A stretch of 64,000 nucleotides of DNA, taken from a virus (taxonomy: Duplodnaviria > Caudoviricetes). The notes beneath the pieces are model-generated. The model had not been told where the DNA came from, made no database searches, and worked only from the letters and a program-made list of their open reading frames with translations. The stretch covers positions 32,001-96,000 of the IMG/VR virus record IMGVR_UViG_3300031857_023573; one strand, 5' to 3'. Numbering within the stretch: position 1 is the stretch's first letter; every line of letters starts with the position of its first letter. A program made the translations under genes and the position numbers. Positions 9,408 to 17,857 of this stretch are shown in pieces.

Positions 9408-10477
9408 AAGCTTGCCTTTATATTATTTGCTTTCCTTTTTATTGTCTTGCCTTGAAAATTTATTCTTTTCTGCCAATATTTTAAAAATTCAAGACAATTC
9501 ATTTTATTCAATGTTTCAAAACTTATTACCGGTTGTGTTTTTTGATTATCACATTCTCTTTTATAAGTTTTTACCCACATATCTTTTATTCTATCTGCAA
9601 CATCAGATTCTATTCCTTTATAAGGTTCGTGATCAGAAATTTTACTTAGGAGTTCTTCATAATACTTTTCTGCGTTGAATTTTTCCATCTCATCTGCCTT
9701 TTTATAAATTCTGAACTCAGATAGCTCTTTTTTTGGATATTTTTTTATAAAGTAGTAAATTTCTTGAATATTTGCTCTTGTTTCATGAAATTCAGAAAAG
9801 TAAAGAAAATAGGCGAAGTTTGTCCAGAATTTCCAGATATTTTTTGGAAATTTCCAAATATTTTCAGCCCAGCTAAGTGTTGAGTTAAAACTTCTACTTT
9901 CTGGTCTTATTATTTTAGATTTCCTCTTAACTCTAACATAGTGCTCATAACAATGATGTAGCTCATGATAAACAGTTGAGTTTATATCATCTTCCAGAAT
10001 ATTCTTATAAGTTCTGTTTTTATAATCAAAATCAGGTCCAATATCAATTGAAATTCCTAAATAAATTATTACAGAGTCGTCAGAAACTTGTTTGACTGGT
10101 TCAAGTATTCTTGAGTATCCAGACCAATTTTTATTACCGAAATACGATGCAAAACCACCTGTTTTAATTTCTAAATTTTTATCTGAAGTAGAAGGTGGGT
10201 ATTTTTTATCAAAATCTTTTTTTGATAGCTTATTAAAATCAATTTGTATTTCAAATTGTATTACTGGAAAATCAGACCAAAGTTCTTTATTATAAATAAG
10301 AGGATTTAATATTCTGTAGTCAATAGTTTCTATGGTTTGAAGTACATTTTCACCAGAATAAAAAAAATCAACAAATTTTGATCTAACTCTTCTGAATATC
10401 GTATTACTGAACATCAAGGATGATTCAGATACACCAAACTTTTCAAGTAAAAAATTCTGAAATGTTTTTAACCTCAT
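9404..10477 (-). CDS. Putative zincin metallopeptidase with leader MRLKTFQNFLLE
   Basis: YHELHHCYE (HExxH) plus downstream HETRA..QE (gluzincin-like third ligand); AATATATA at 10505-10512. Confidence 0.6.
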   Translation of the reverse strand: MRLKTFQNFLLEKFGVSESSLMFSNTIFRRVRSKFVDFFYSGENVLQTIETIDYRILNPLIYNKELWSDFPVIQFEIQIDFNKLSKKDFDKKYPPSTSDKNLEIKTGGFASYFGNKNWSGYSRILEPVKQVSDDSVIIYLGISIDIGPDFDYKNRTYKNILEDDINSTVYHELHHCYEHYVRVKRKSKIIRPESRSFNSTLSWAENIWKFPKNIWKFWTNFAYFLYFSEFHETRANIQEIYYFIKKYPKKELSEFRIYKKADEMEKFNAEKYYEELLSKISDHEPYKGIESDVADRIKDMWVKTYKRECDNQKTQPVISFETLNKMNCLEFLKYWQKRINFQGKTIKRKANNIKASL

Positions 10478-10525
10478 AAAACAATAATTAATTGTATTTG
10501 AGATTATATATTAAAATCTAAAGGT

Positions 10526-11008
10526 TTATAATTGTGAAAGCCACTTTTCAATTTGTCTATCAGCAACTTCAATTATATCTTTCTTTTGGAACTTACCATA
10601 GTTTAAAATATCCATTGTCATAATTAGACAGTCAACAGTTTCAAGAAGTATATTATTCTTTATTTCTTCTTTTGATAGATCAGAATTTTTAAAGCCTTTT
10701 AATTTTAAGACTTCAGCAGAGAGTTCTCCAACCTCTTCTTGTAACTTAATAACTCTTTCTGTTAACCCATATCCTTGCATTGAAGTTACATTCTTAATAA
10801 GATCAAAGATGTAATCGAGGTCCTCGTTTGTGAAATCATCCTCTAATCTCACTTTAGATAAATTATTTTGCTCCCAGTGGTCAATTAGTTGTTGAATTAC
10901 AAGAATATCGTTAGTTTGTTCTTCACTTAATTCTACACCGTAGAGACTATCTAAATATTTTGTGTATTTTGAGTAGTCATCGTGAGAATTTATAGGTGTG
11001 ATTTTCAT
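10526..11008 (-). CDS. HigA-like N-terminal domain fused to MazG-like NTP pyrophosphohydrolase
   Basis: C-terminal KLQEEVGELSAE...LLETVDCL is the MazG EExxE..ExxD motif; N-terminal ITPINSHDDY...LIDHWE resembles HigA N-domains. Confidence 0.65.
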   Translation of the reverse strand: MKITPINSHDDYSKYTKYLDSLYGVELSEEQTNDILVIQQLIDHWEQNNLSKVRLEDDFTNEDLDYIFDLIKNVTSMQGYGLTERVIKLQEEVGELSAEVLKLKGFKNSDLSKEEIKNNILLETVDCLIMTMDILNYGKFQKKDIIEVADRQIEKWLSQL

Positions 11009-11056
11009 ATTATAGTTAATTAAAATAATATATACAGAAAAATATATACTTTATAT

Positions 11057-11323
11057 ATGAAATATTTAAAAATGTTTGAAGAATTTAGAATGAGTCCAGA
11101 AACTGCAGAACCAGTGATTGCACCACCTTCAACGCCAACAGAAACACCAAGACCTTGGAGACCAGTTCCAACTCAAGTTCCAAGACCTGGTACAGAAGAA
11201 AAACCAATGGGTTCGTTTGAAGAAGTTATGGATATTTTCTTTTATGAATTAGATAAGATTAAAGACACACCAGAAGGTCAATCAATTATAAAAAAATTAC
11301 AAGATAAATATGGCAATCTCTAA
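11057..11323 (+). CDS. Pro-rich small protein with leader MKYLKMFEEF
   Basis: 88 aa; two AATATATA copies upstream (11027-11034, 11041-11048); first of three coupled genes. Confidence 0.7.
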   Translation: MKYLKMFEEFRMSPETAEPVIAPPSTPTETPRPWRPVPTQVPRPGTEEKPMGSFEEVMDIFFYELDKIKDTPEGQSIIKKLQDKYGNL

Positions 11324-12737
11324 AAAATTCTCACAGTTTTTAAATGAGGCTTCACTAAAGGGCAATATTGGTGTTCCAGGTGAAGGTGGAACTGAAGGTT
11401 CTTGGATCGATTCGATAAATCGCGAACAAAGAGACAAAGTCAGAGACTTTGAAAGAACTAATATGAATCTTTTAAGAGATTTTCCAAGAATTATTCAGAA
11501 TTCTCAATCATTACAAAGAGGTAAAGAAAAAGAACTTTCTGAACTTTGTCAAAAGTCGTTTTATCAATTATTTGGTACTTTACTTGACGATGTCACCCTT
11601 GATTTAAAAATTAGTCAAGAGGCTCGTCAGATGATGTCAGGTACACCCGAAAAATCTACTCAAAAAGTTGAAAATATTGTAGACCAGAGAGTTCTAGATG
11701 AAATAATGAAAAGAAAAATTCTAAGAACAATTCAACAAGGAAAGGGTCTTAATTCTAAATCATTACTAAACCTACCAATGTTTAAAGATGGTATAAAAGA
11801 AATTTTAGGAGAAAGAAACTCAGAATTATACATTAACAATTTGAACAATATAGTTAAAGTTATGGCATTTTTTGATGCGACTCTATCAGAAGCTCAAATC
11901 TCACAAGCTCTAAAGATGAATGCACAAGGCGCTTGTGATATTAAGATAGAAGAAGAAAAAAAGGATAAAGATAAACAAAAAGATGCAGAACAACTTCTTA
12001 ATGATTTAGAAAACGGTATTGATCTTACTGAAACTGAATCAGATATACTTAGTGACATTAAAGTTACAATTAAGGCACGTGGTGTTGATATGGGTATATT
12101 AATTCACGAATCACTTAAAGGTATTTATAAGTTAGCGACTCAAATGAGTCTTGAGCACTTACCAGAAGAACTAGCTAAACAAGTTTTGCAAAATGTTGAT
12201 ACTATTGCGGATGAGCCACAAGAATTTAAGTATGGTCCATCTATGCAAAAGCAGTTTGAAAAAGTTGTTAATTCTCACCCAAGAGTAAAAAAGATACTTG
12301 ATGAATATCAAAGAGTAATTACTCAGGGAGATTTTGAAGAGAGTAAAGCTGCAGAAAATGAAATTGCTTCTTTTCAAGAACAACTATTCTTTTATGTGTT
12401 TGGATACTTAGCTAATCTTGGAAAAGAAAATCCAAAAGATATGTTGAATGTTGTTTATGCTGTCTTGGCTGATAAGAAAGATGACATTGAAAAATTGTTT
12501 TTCCCAATAATTGTTGATTCTGTTACTGGAATAGAAAAAGAGTTTGAATATCAAATGTCGAAGAAAAAGACACAAGCTGAAAAGACTGACGTAAAATCAG
12601 AGGTAAAGCCAGACGTTAAAGTAGAAATTACACTTGCTGACTTACAAGAGCAACTTGATGATGCTTTAGATAATGAAGATTATGAAAAGGCATCTGAAAT
12701 CAGAGATGAGATAAAAAAAAGATTTCCAAATAAATAA
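11310..12737 (+). CDS. Hypothetical protein with leader and C-terminal UVR (UvrB/C) motif
   Basis: MAISKKFSQFLNEA start; ends LQEQLDDALDNEDYEKASEIRDEIK; internal LIHESLKG. Confidence 0.7.
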   Translation: MAISKKFSQFLNEASLKGNIGVPGEGGTEGSWIDSINREQRDKVRDFERTNMNLLRDFPRIIQNSQSLQRGKEKELSELCQKSFYQLFGTLLDDVTLDLKISQEARQMMSGTPEKSTQKVENIVDQRVLDEIMKRKILRTIQQGKGLNSKSLLNLPMFKDGIKEILGERNSELYINNLNNIVKVMAFFDATLSEAQISQALKMNAQGACDIKIEEEKKDKDKQKDAEQLLNDLENGIDLTETESDILSDIKVTIKARGVDMGILIHESLKGIYKLATQMSLEHLPEELAKQVLQNVDTIADEPQEFKYGPSMQKQFEKVVNSHPRVKKILDEYQRVITQGDFEESKAAENEIASFQEQLFFYVFGYLANLGKENPKDMLNVVYAVLADKKDDIEKLFFPIIVDSVTGIEKEFEYQMSKKKTQAEKTDVKSEVKPDVKVEITLADLQEQLDDALDNEDYEKASEIRDEIKKRFPNK

Positions 12738-12743
12738 TTAATT

Positions 12744-14726
12744 ATGTTACTTAGATTTCAAGACTTTAAATTAAATGAAAATGTAGCCGCTGCTAAAAAA
12801 ATATTGAAAGACACTTTCGTATTGAACAAGGCTTTAAAGGAACTAAATCTTGGGTTTAAGACCGATTCGACTGGAATGTTTCTTTTTGATAAGTCTGATG
12901 CTCCTATAAATTTCAGTGATCTGCCTGAAGAAGTTCAGGTTGAGGTAAAAAAGAAGATTAGAGAGATCAAATTAACTGAAGAGGAGCAAAGAGTGGTTGA
13001 AAGACATCCAAAATTTAATGAAATAAGAGAAATCTTGGGCGATAAATTAGGATGGGCAGGTCTATTTGCCTATCTATATTTTAAAGAAAAGGTTGAAATA
13101 AACGAACTTAAATTAATATTCGATGACCTTGTTGCTTTTCAGGACTTACTTGGAAAATTAAGAAGACCTATTTCAAATTATATAGACACAAACATACCTA
13201 ATAATTCTGAACAACTTATAGATGATATAGAAGATATCAAAAGATATAGAAAGTTAAAAAAGTTCATAGATGAGTTTAATAAAGATTTAAAAGCAGACTA
13301 TGCTGTGACTCCAAAGTATTTTAAAGATAGACTTATAGATATTGCTACTGCATTTGATGACTTAGGAAAAGAACAAAGTGGTAAAGTTGACCCAGACAAG
13401 CAAAGAGCTATTCAAAAAAGATTTTTTGATAAAATTGGAAGATATAAAACCGTTAGAGAGTTGACAGATGGAGCTGATTCGTTTTTAAAGGCAGAGTCAA
13501 ATGCAGATGTGGCTAAGTTTTACCAAGCAATAGATAAGTGTAATAAAAAATACGGTGAATATGGTATAAAAGTTCTCTATGATGAGGGTGGACTTTTAAT
13601 AATGGAAGTTAAGTCGTTTTCAGCTTGTAAAGAACTCTTCTCAAATACATCTTGGTGTATAGCTCAGTATTTAGGTCAGTGGAATAGTTATGTTGGTGGT
13701 GATGATGTATTTAACAAACAATATGCTATTTTAAATTTCAATTTACCACCATCTAATAATGAATCTATTATTGGTATAACAATCGCTCCTAGACAAGAGG
13801 TTAGAGCTTGTCATTTGAAAAACGATGCTAATGCTAAGGGTAATTTTCAGAGTATTTTTAATAAATTTGAAGAATCTTTGGGATTGGAAAGGGGATTTAT
13901 CTGGAAAGGACTTGAGCCAATGTCAAGTAAAGAGATTGATGAGAAGAAAAGAAGAATTGTAGCAAATAGAGAAGTTGTTAAAAAAGGTCTATCTCTTGAA
14001 CAATTGAAGAAGTATATTGTTGACGATGGTGCTGATGTAAATGCTGGAAATGGTCAAGCTCTAGATAATGCAGTTGCAGAAGATGACATCTCAAAAGTAG
14101 AATTTCTTTTAGATTTTGGAGCATCTGCTAATTTAAGAAATAGACAAGAGGCAACCGTTAACAAAGTTAAATCATTTGAAATTTTAAAACTATTGATTAA
14201 AAAAGGAGCCGAAATCACACCACAAGTATTTAAATCATTAGTTGAAGATGAAAATGCAATTAAATTCTGTCTTGATAATGGTTTAGATCCTAATTTTGAA
14301 GATAATATGCCACTTAGACTCGCTGTTAAAAATGGTAAATTAAACATTGTAAAAATGCTTGAAGAATATAATGTGAGCACTGAGAATAGAAGGCAGATGA
14401 ATACTAAGCACGCTGCTGAGTTTCAAAGATGGGATATTTTAGAGTATTTTATTAACAAAGGTGGATCCTATATTGAAGGATTTGAAAATGTGTTAAAATG
14501 GATTGGACACACTCAAAAAATTCAACCAGTTGAGAAGAAACTAGAAGTCTTAGATAGACTTCAAGGTTATATCGATAGTGGTAAAGTAAAAGTTAGTGAA
14601 TCTGGATATAAAGTTGGAAGTAATCGTGATGCTAAATTAGAAGATGTTTTGAATCAATTCGGTAGTGTCAAAAACTGGATTGTTGGTCAACACGAAGATC
14701 TGAAAAGAGCTAGTCAATCAAGATAG
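12744..14726 (+). CDS. Ankyrin-repeat protein with leader and PcfJ-like SWCIA segment
   Basis: GADVNAGNGQALDNAV..., GLDPNFEDNMPLRLAVKNGKLNIVKML ankyrin repeats (about 14020-14465); MLLRFQDFKLNEN start. Confidence 0.75.
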   Translation: MLLRFQDFKLNENVAAAKKILKDTFVLNKALKELNLGFKTDSTGMFLFDKSDAPINFSDLPEEVQVEVKKKIREIKLTEEEQRVVERHPKFNEIREILGDKLGWAGLFAYLYFKEKVEINELKLIFDDLVAFQDLLGKLRRPISNYIDTNIPNNSEQLIDDIEDIKRYRKLKKFIDEFNKDLKADYAVTPKYFKDRLIDIATAFDDLGKEQSGKVDPDKQRAIQKRFFDKIGRYKTVRELTDGADSFLKAESNADVAKFYQAIDKCNKKYGEYGIKVLYDEGGLLIMEVKSFSACKELFSNTSWCIAQYLGQWNSYVGGDDVFNKQYAILNFNLPPSNNESIIGITIAPRQEVRACHLKNDANAKGNFQSIFNKFEESLGLERGFIWKGLEPMSSKEIDEKKRRIVANREVVKKGLSLEQLKKYIVDDGADVNAGNGQALDNAVAEDDISKVEFLLDFGASANLRNRQEATVNKVKSFEILKLLIKKGAEITPQVFKSLVEDENAIKFCLDNGLDPNFEDNMPLRLAVKNGKLNIVKMLEEYNVSTENRRQMNTKHAAEFQRWDILEYFINKGGSYIEGFENVLKWIGHTQKIQPVEKKLEVLDRLQGYIDSGKVKVSESGYKVGSNRDAKLEDVLNQFGSVKNWIVGQHEDLKRASQSR

Positions 14727-15194
14727 AAGATCATCTAGGTTAGAATCCCTAGACAATCCACTTTCTTTTAATATTAAGCTGTAAAGTTCTTCAAAGTTAG
14801 AATCATTTAGTTCTTTGAATACTTCTTTTGATTTTTCTAATACCTCATAATATAGATTTTCATCTTTAAAGGCAAATTTCTTGTCTTTCCAATGTAAAAG
14901 ATATCCTATATCTTTCATAATATCTAAACTTAGATAATCACTTGAGTTTGAATTATAATTTAAATTAAAACCGTTTTCTGAAGAGATGTAAATGTGGTCC
15001 TTATCTACACTCATGTTGAGTGTGTCACGAAGTTTAAGTAATCGAAAAATCATATTTCTAGTTTTCTTTTTAATCTCTTTAGTTGGTTCAGTGAATAATA
15101 AGTTTTGAAAACTGTTACTTGATTCTAATACTTTAATTTCATGAAGTTCTTTTATTGATTGATTAATAACTTTTTTGATTTTTTTCGATTTCAT
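14718..15194 (-). CDS. Hypothetical protein
   Basis: 158-aa ORF with short convergent overlap; no recognised motif. Confidence 0.65.
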   Translation of the reverse strand: MKSKKIKKVINQSIKELHEIKVLESSNSFQNLLFTEPTKEIKKKTRNMIFRLLKLRDTLNMSVDKDHIYISSENGFNLNYNSNSSDYLSLDIMKDIGYLLHWKDKKFAFKDENLYYEVLEKSKEVFKELNDSNFEELYSLILKESGLSRDSNLDDLLS

Positions 15195-15258
15195 AAAATT
15201 TTATATCAAATTGCAAGAGATAGTTTATTAAGATATATACTTTAAATATTTTGAAATT

Positions 15259-15966
15259 TTGAACATTATATCAATAGATCCTTCACTAATTTCTACTGCA
15301 CTTGTTGTTAACGGAAAAATTTTTAACTATTGTAGAGAATCGAAAGTTATGCTAAAAAGTGGTATGTCGAAATGGTTCAAATCAGCTGAGCAATATTGCA
15401 CTTATAGATTTATTTCGTACAGAGAGTTTTCTAACTATTCTGATGGTGAGTTAATTAAATTGAAGGATTATGATCAAATCACAGAAATGATAATTAACGA
15501 CATACTTGAGAATATTAAATCAAATGAGGAATCCGTTGTTGGAATCGAAGGGTATAATTTCGGCGCAACCGTTGGAGATTTAATAGATTTAGTTACATTT
15601 TCAACTTTACTTAGAAAGAAATTATATGATAGGGTATCTGAAAATATAATTGTAATGTCACCCTCTACACTTAAATTAGAGGCTTGTAAATTGACTTATG
15701 AGCCAATAGTTAAAGAGATAGGAAAAAAGGTTAAAAGAATAGAGTATGAGTGGAGAAATAAACTTGGAATTTCTGGTGGTAAATTCACCAAAAGAGATAT
15801 GGCACTGTGTATAATTGAAAATGATAAAATTAATCACGATTGGTTTAAATATTTAAAGTCTATCAAAAGTGAACTTCTAGAGGTTAAAGATATTCAAAAG
15901 CCTCATGAAGATATTAATGATGCTGTTTTAATTTACCACGTTTTAAAATCAGATTTTCAGAAATAG
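15259..15966 (+). CDS. RuvC-like Holliday junction resolvase
   Basis: IISIDPSLISTAL, VVGIEGY and EDINDA give the RuvC D-E-D-D acidic set; TTG start. Confidence 0.75.
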   Translation: MNIISIDPSLISTALVVNGKIFNYCRESKVMLKSGMSKWFKSAEQYCTYRFISYREFSNYSDGELIKLKDYDQITEMIINDILENIKSNEESVVGIEGYNFGATVGDLIDLVTFSTLLRKKLYDRVSENIIVMSPSTLKLEACKLTYEPIVKEIGKKVKRIEYEWRNKLGISGGKFTKRDMALCIIENDKINHDWFKYLKSIKSELLEVKDIQKPHEDINDAVLIYHVLKSDFQK

Positions 15967-15977
15967 ATATATAATTT

Positions 15978-16301
15978 ATGAATCAAATGGATTTTGAAAA
16001 ATTGTTTGGTGATAATTCTAAAGATTATTTCGAATTGTTAATTAAGAAGTATAATTTAAAGCCAAAATATGTGGTTTATCAAAATGAACAAGATGAAGTT
16101 ATCGTTGATGAACAATGGACATCAGAAAATACTGAAAAAGTTAAAGCAAATAGAATTTTCAAATTTGATCCTAATTTTCTTGATTTAATTGAAGATGAAT
16201 GTGTAAATGAAGTTTTAGAAAAAGTAATAGAGCTGTATGTTTCTATTGAGGATTATGAAAATGCTGCAATAGTTAAAAATATTCTCGATTCTGAGTATTA
16301 A
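15978..16301 (+). CDS. Hypothetical protein with C-terminal UVR-like motif
   Basis: Ends LEKVIELYVSIEDYENAAIVKNIL; GATATATA 4 nt upstream of ATG. Confidence 0.65.
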   Translation: MNQMDFEKLFGDNSKDYFELLIKKYNLKPKYVVYQNEQDEVIVDEQWTSENTEKVKANRIFKFDPNFLDLIEDECVNEVLEKVIELYVSIEDYENAAIVKNILDSEY

Positions 16302-16477
16302 GACTTATAGTCACCGCCTCTTCTCTTTCTCTTACAATACTGAATTTGTGAAAAACCTCTTGGATTATTACAGTCAATTGACTTTTTATATTTAACAGAC
16401 CATCTTGATTTCATGCCTTTTCTTGGCTTGTTATAAGATTCATTTATAAACTCTTCGTATGTAAAGATATTATTCAT
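16298..16477 (-). CDS. 59-aa basic peptide with leader (absent from the ORF track)
   Basis: My translation: MNNIFTYEEFINESYNKPRKGMKSRWSVKYKKSIDCNNPRGFSQIQYCKRKRRGGDYKS; its ATG overlaps the TAA of the upstream gene (TAATG). Confidence 0.8.
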   Translation of the reverse strand: MNNIFTYEEFINESYNKPRKGMKSRWSVKYKKSIDCNNPRGFSQIQYCKRKRRGGDYKS

Positions 16478-16830
16478 TATTTTTGAGAGAGTAATTGTGT
16501 TACTATAAAGACTATCTTATTTTCCGACTTTTTATATTCAAATTCGGATATTTTAAAATCCATAACATCAAAGTGACCTTGGATTTGTGAGTAAACATCT
16601 TTCTTTTTTAAGAATTCGAATACCTCACTTAGATTATTTTTATCAGATTCGTCTAAAAGATCTATTTGAAATTTTTTATTATCAATTTCTTCAAGTTTTA
16701 TTTGAATATTTGGAAATTTTTCAAGCATCTCTGAGAATACATAAGAAAGTACTTCTTCATCTATGTCAAATACTTTCTCGAAGTCAAAAAATTCAAATAC
16801 ATAATTTTCAAAAGTTAATAAATGTTTCAT
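16477..16830 (-). CDS. Acidic hypothetical protein with leader MKHLLTFENYVFE
   Basis: 117 aa; AATATATA at 16835-16842, 4 nt upstream of ATG. Confidence 0.75.
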   Translation of the reverse strand: MKHLLTFENYVFEFFDFEKVFDIDEEVLSYVFSEMLEKFPNIQIKLEEIDNKKFQIDLLDESDKNNLSEVFEFLKKKDVYSQIQGHFDVMDFKISEFEYKKSENKIVFIVTQLLSQK

Positions 16831-16880
16831 ATCTTATATATTTATTTGGTAAATTACAATTTAGTTCTTAAATTAGCAGT

Positions 16881-17294
16881 ATGAATACAAATAAATTGAC
16901 ATCAGAAAAGGCTTATCAGTTTATACACGGCGGTAATTCTGTATTTACTGTACTAAACACTCTAACTAAAAATCGATTTACTTACAAGGTTAAAAGACAT
17001 AAAGTAGAAGATGTCTATTTTGTGAATCTTCTTGTTAATCCAGATACCTATGTTTATATTGGATTTTTGAAACATGGTAATTTTATTTTGTCTAAGAAAT
17101 CTAAATTCTCAAAAGACTCACAGAGTGTAAAAGTTTTCAACTATATTTATACTAAATTAAAAATAGGTAATTTACCAGATATTATTGAGTTTTGGCACGA
17201 GGGAAAATGCGGAAAATGTGGTCGTAGTTTGACGGTACCTGAGAGTATAGATAGTGGTTTTGGACCAGAGTGTATAAAAAAGATAGTAAAATAA
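16881..17294 (+). CDS. DUF6011-family zinc-ribbon protein
   Basis: HEGKCGKCGRSLTVPESIDSGFGPEC C-terminus; F..GGNS.FT N-terminus. Confidence 0.75.
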   Translation: MNTNKLTSEKAYQFIHGGNSVFTVLNTLTKNRFTYKVKRHKVEDVYFVNLLVNPDTYVYIGFLKHGNFILSKKSKFSKDSQSVKVFNYIYTKLKIGNLPDIIEFWHEGKCGKCGRSLTVPESIDSGFGPECIKKIVK

Positions 17295-17318
17295 AAAACC
17301 CTCAAGAGAGGGTTTTTT
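17293..17318. terminator. Intrinsic terminator (bidirectional shape)
   Basis: AAAAAACCCTC-AAGA-GAGGGTTTTTT. Confidence 0.85.
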
Positions 17319-17418
17319 GAGCCCGACCGGATTGGTCGAATCCACCACATTGTTTGTTTAAGTTAAACAATGAAAACTATAATGTATATAACATTGAATT
17401 TAAGAAGTTTTTAAAATT

Positions 17419-17652
17419 ATGAAACGTCTAACATTAAAGTCATATGGCTTTTTAATTGAGTCAAATTTAGAGAGAATAAAATTAGGAAAAGTTTTTGATC
17501 AAAATCTAAAACCCTATGAAAAGGATTTTCTAGAAAATATGCTACAGTATCTGGAAGAAAGGGAAAGATTTGAAGATTGTCTTATTGTAAGCTCTCTTAT
17601 TAAATCTCGTTTTGACCACGATAAAAACTATATTTATGATGGAAAAATCTGA
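17419..17652 (+). CDS. Small protein with degenerate UVR-like C-terminus
   Basis: LENMLQYLEERERFEDCLIVSSLIK; first gene of a coupled plus-strand run. Confidence 0.55.
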   Translation: MKRLTLKSYGFLIESNLERIKLGKVFDQNLKPYEKDFLENMLQYLEERERFEDCLIVSSLIKSRFDHDKNYIYDGKI

Positions 17653-17857
17653 AATTCAACAATTGAAAGATTTACAGTATGAAGAATTTGTTCAGAAAAC
17701 ACTCACTGAACTTATAATACTTTCTACAAATCATAACATCTTAAAGGAACTAATAGATCATTCCAGAGAAATTGGATTACATGATGAATTACTAGATGCT
17801 CTCTCTACTATGAGAGACGAAAAAATTTTAGAGATTTTAAAAAATGAACAGTCGTGA
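17636..17857 (+). CDS. Hypothetical protein (start probably the ATG at 17636)
   Basis: In-frame ATG at 17636 reduces overlap with the upstream gene; 3' end overlaps the next start. Confidence 0.55.
   Translation: MMEKSEIQQLKDLQYEEFVQKTLTELIILSTNHNILKELIDHSREIGLHDELLDALSTMRDEKILEILKNEQS

Noticed and set aside
17337-17345. GGATTCGAC on the minus strand, resembling the tmRNA 5' end
   Set aside because: No matching acceptor stem with a G3-U70 pair, no tag ORF or pseudoknots, and the unit is far too short; kept only as a tRNA-like fragment.
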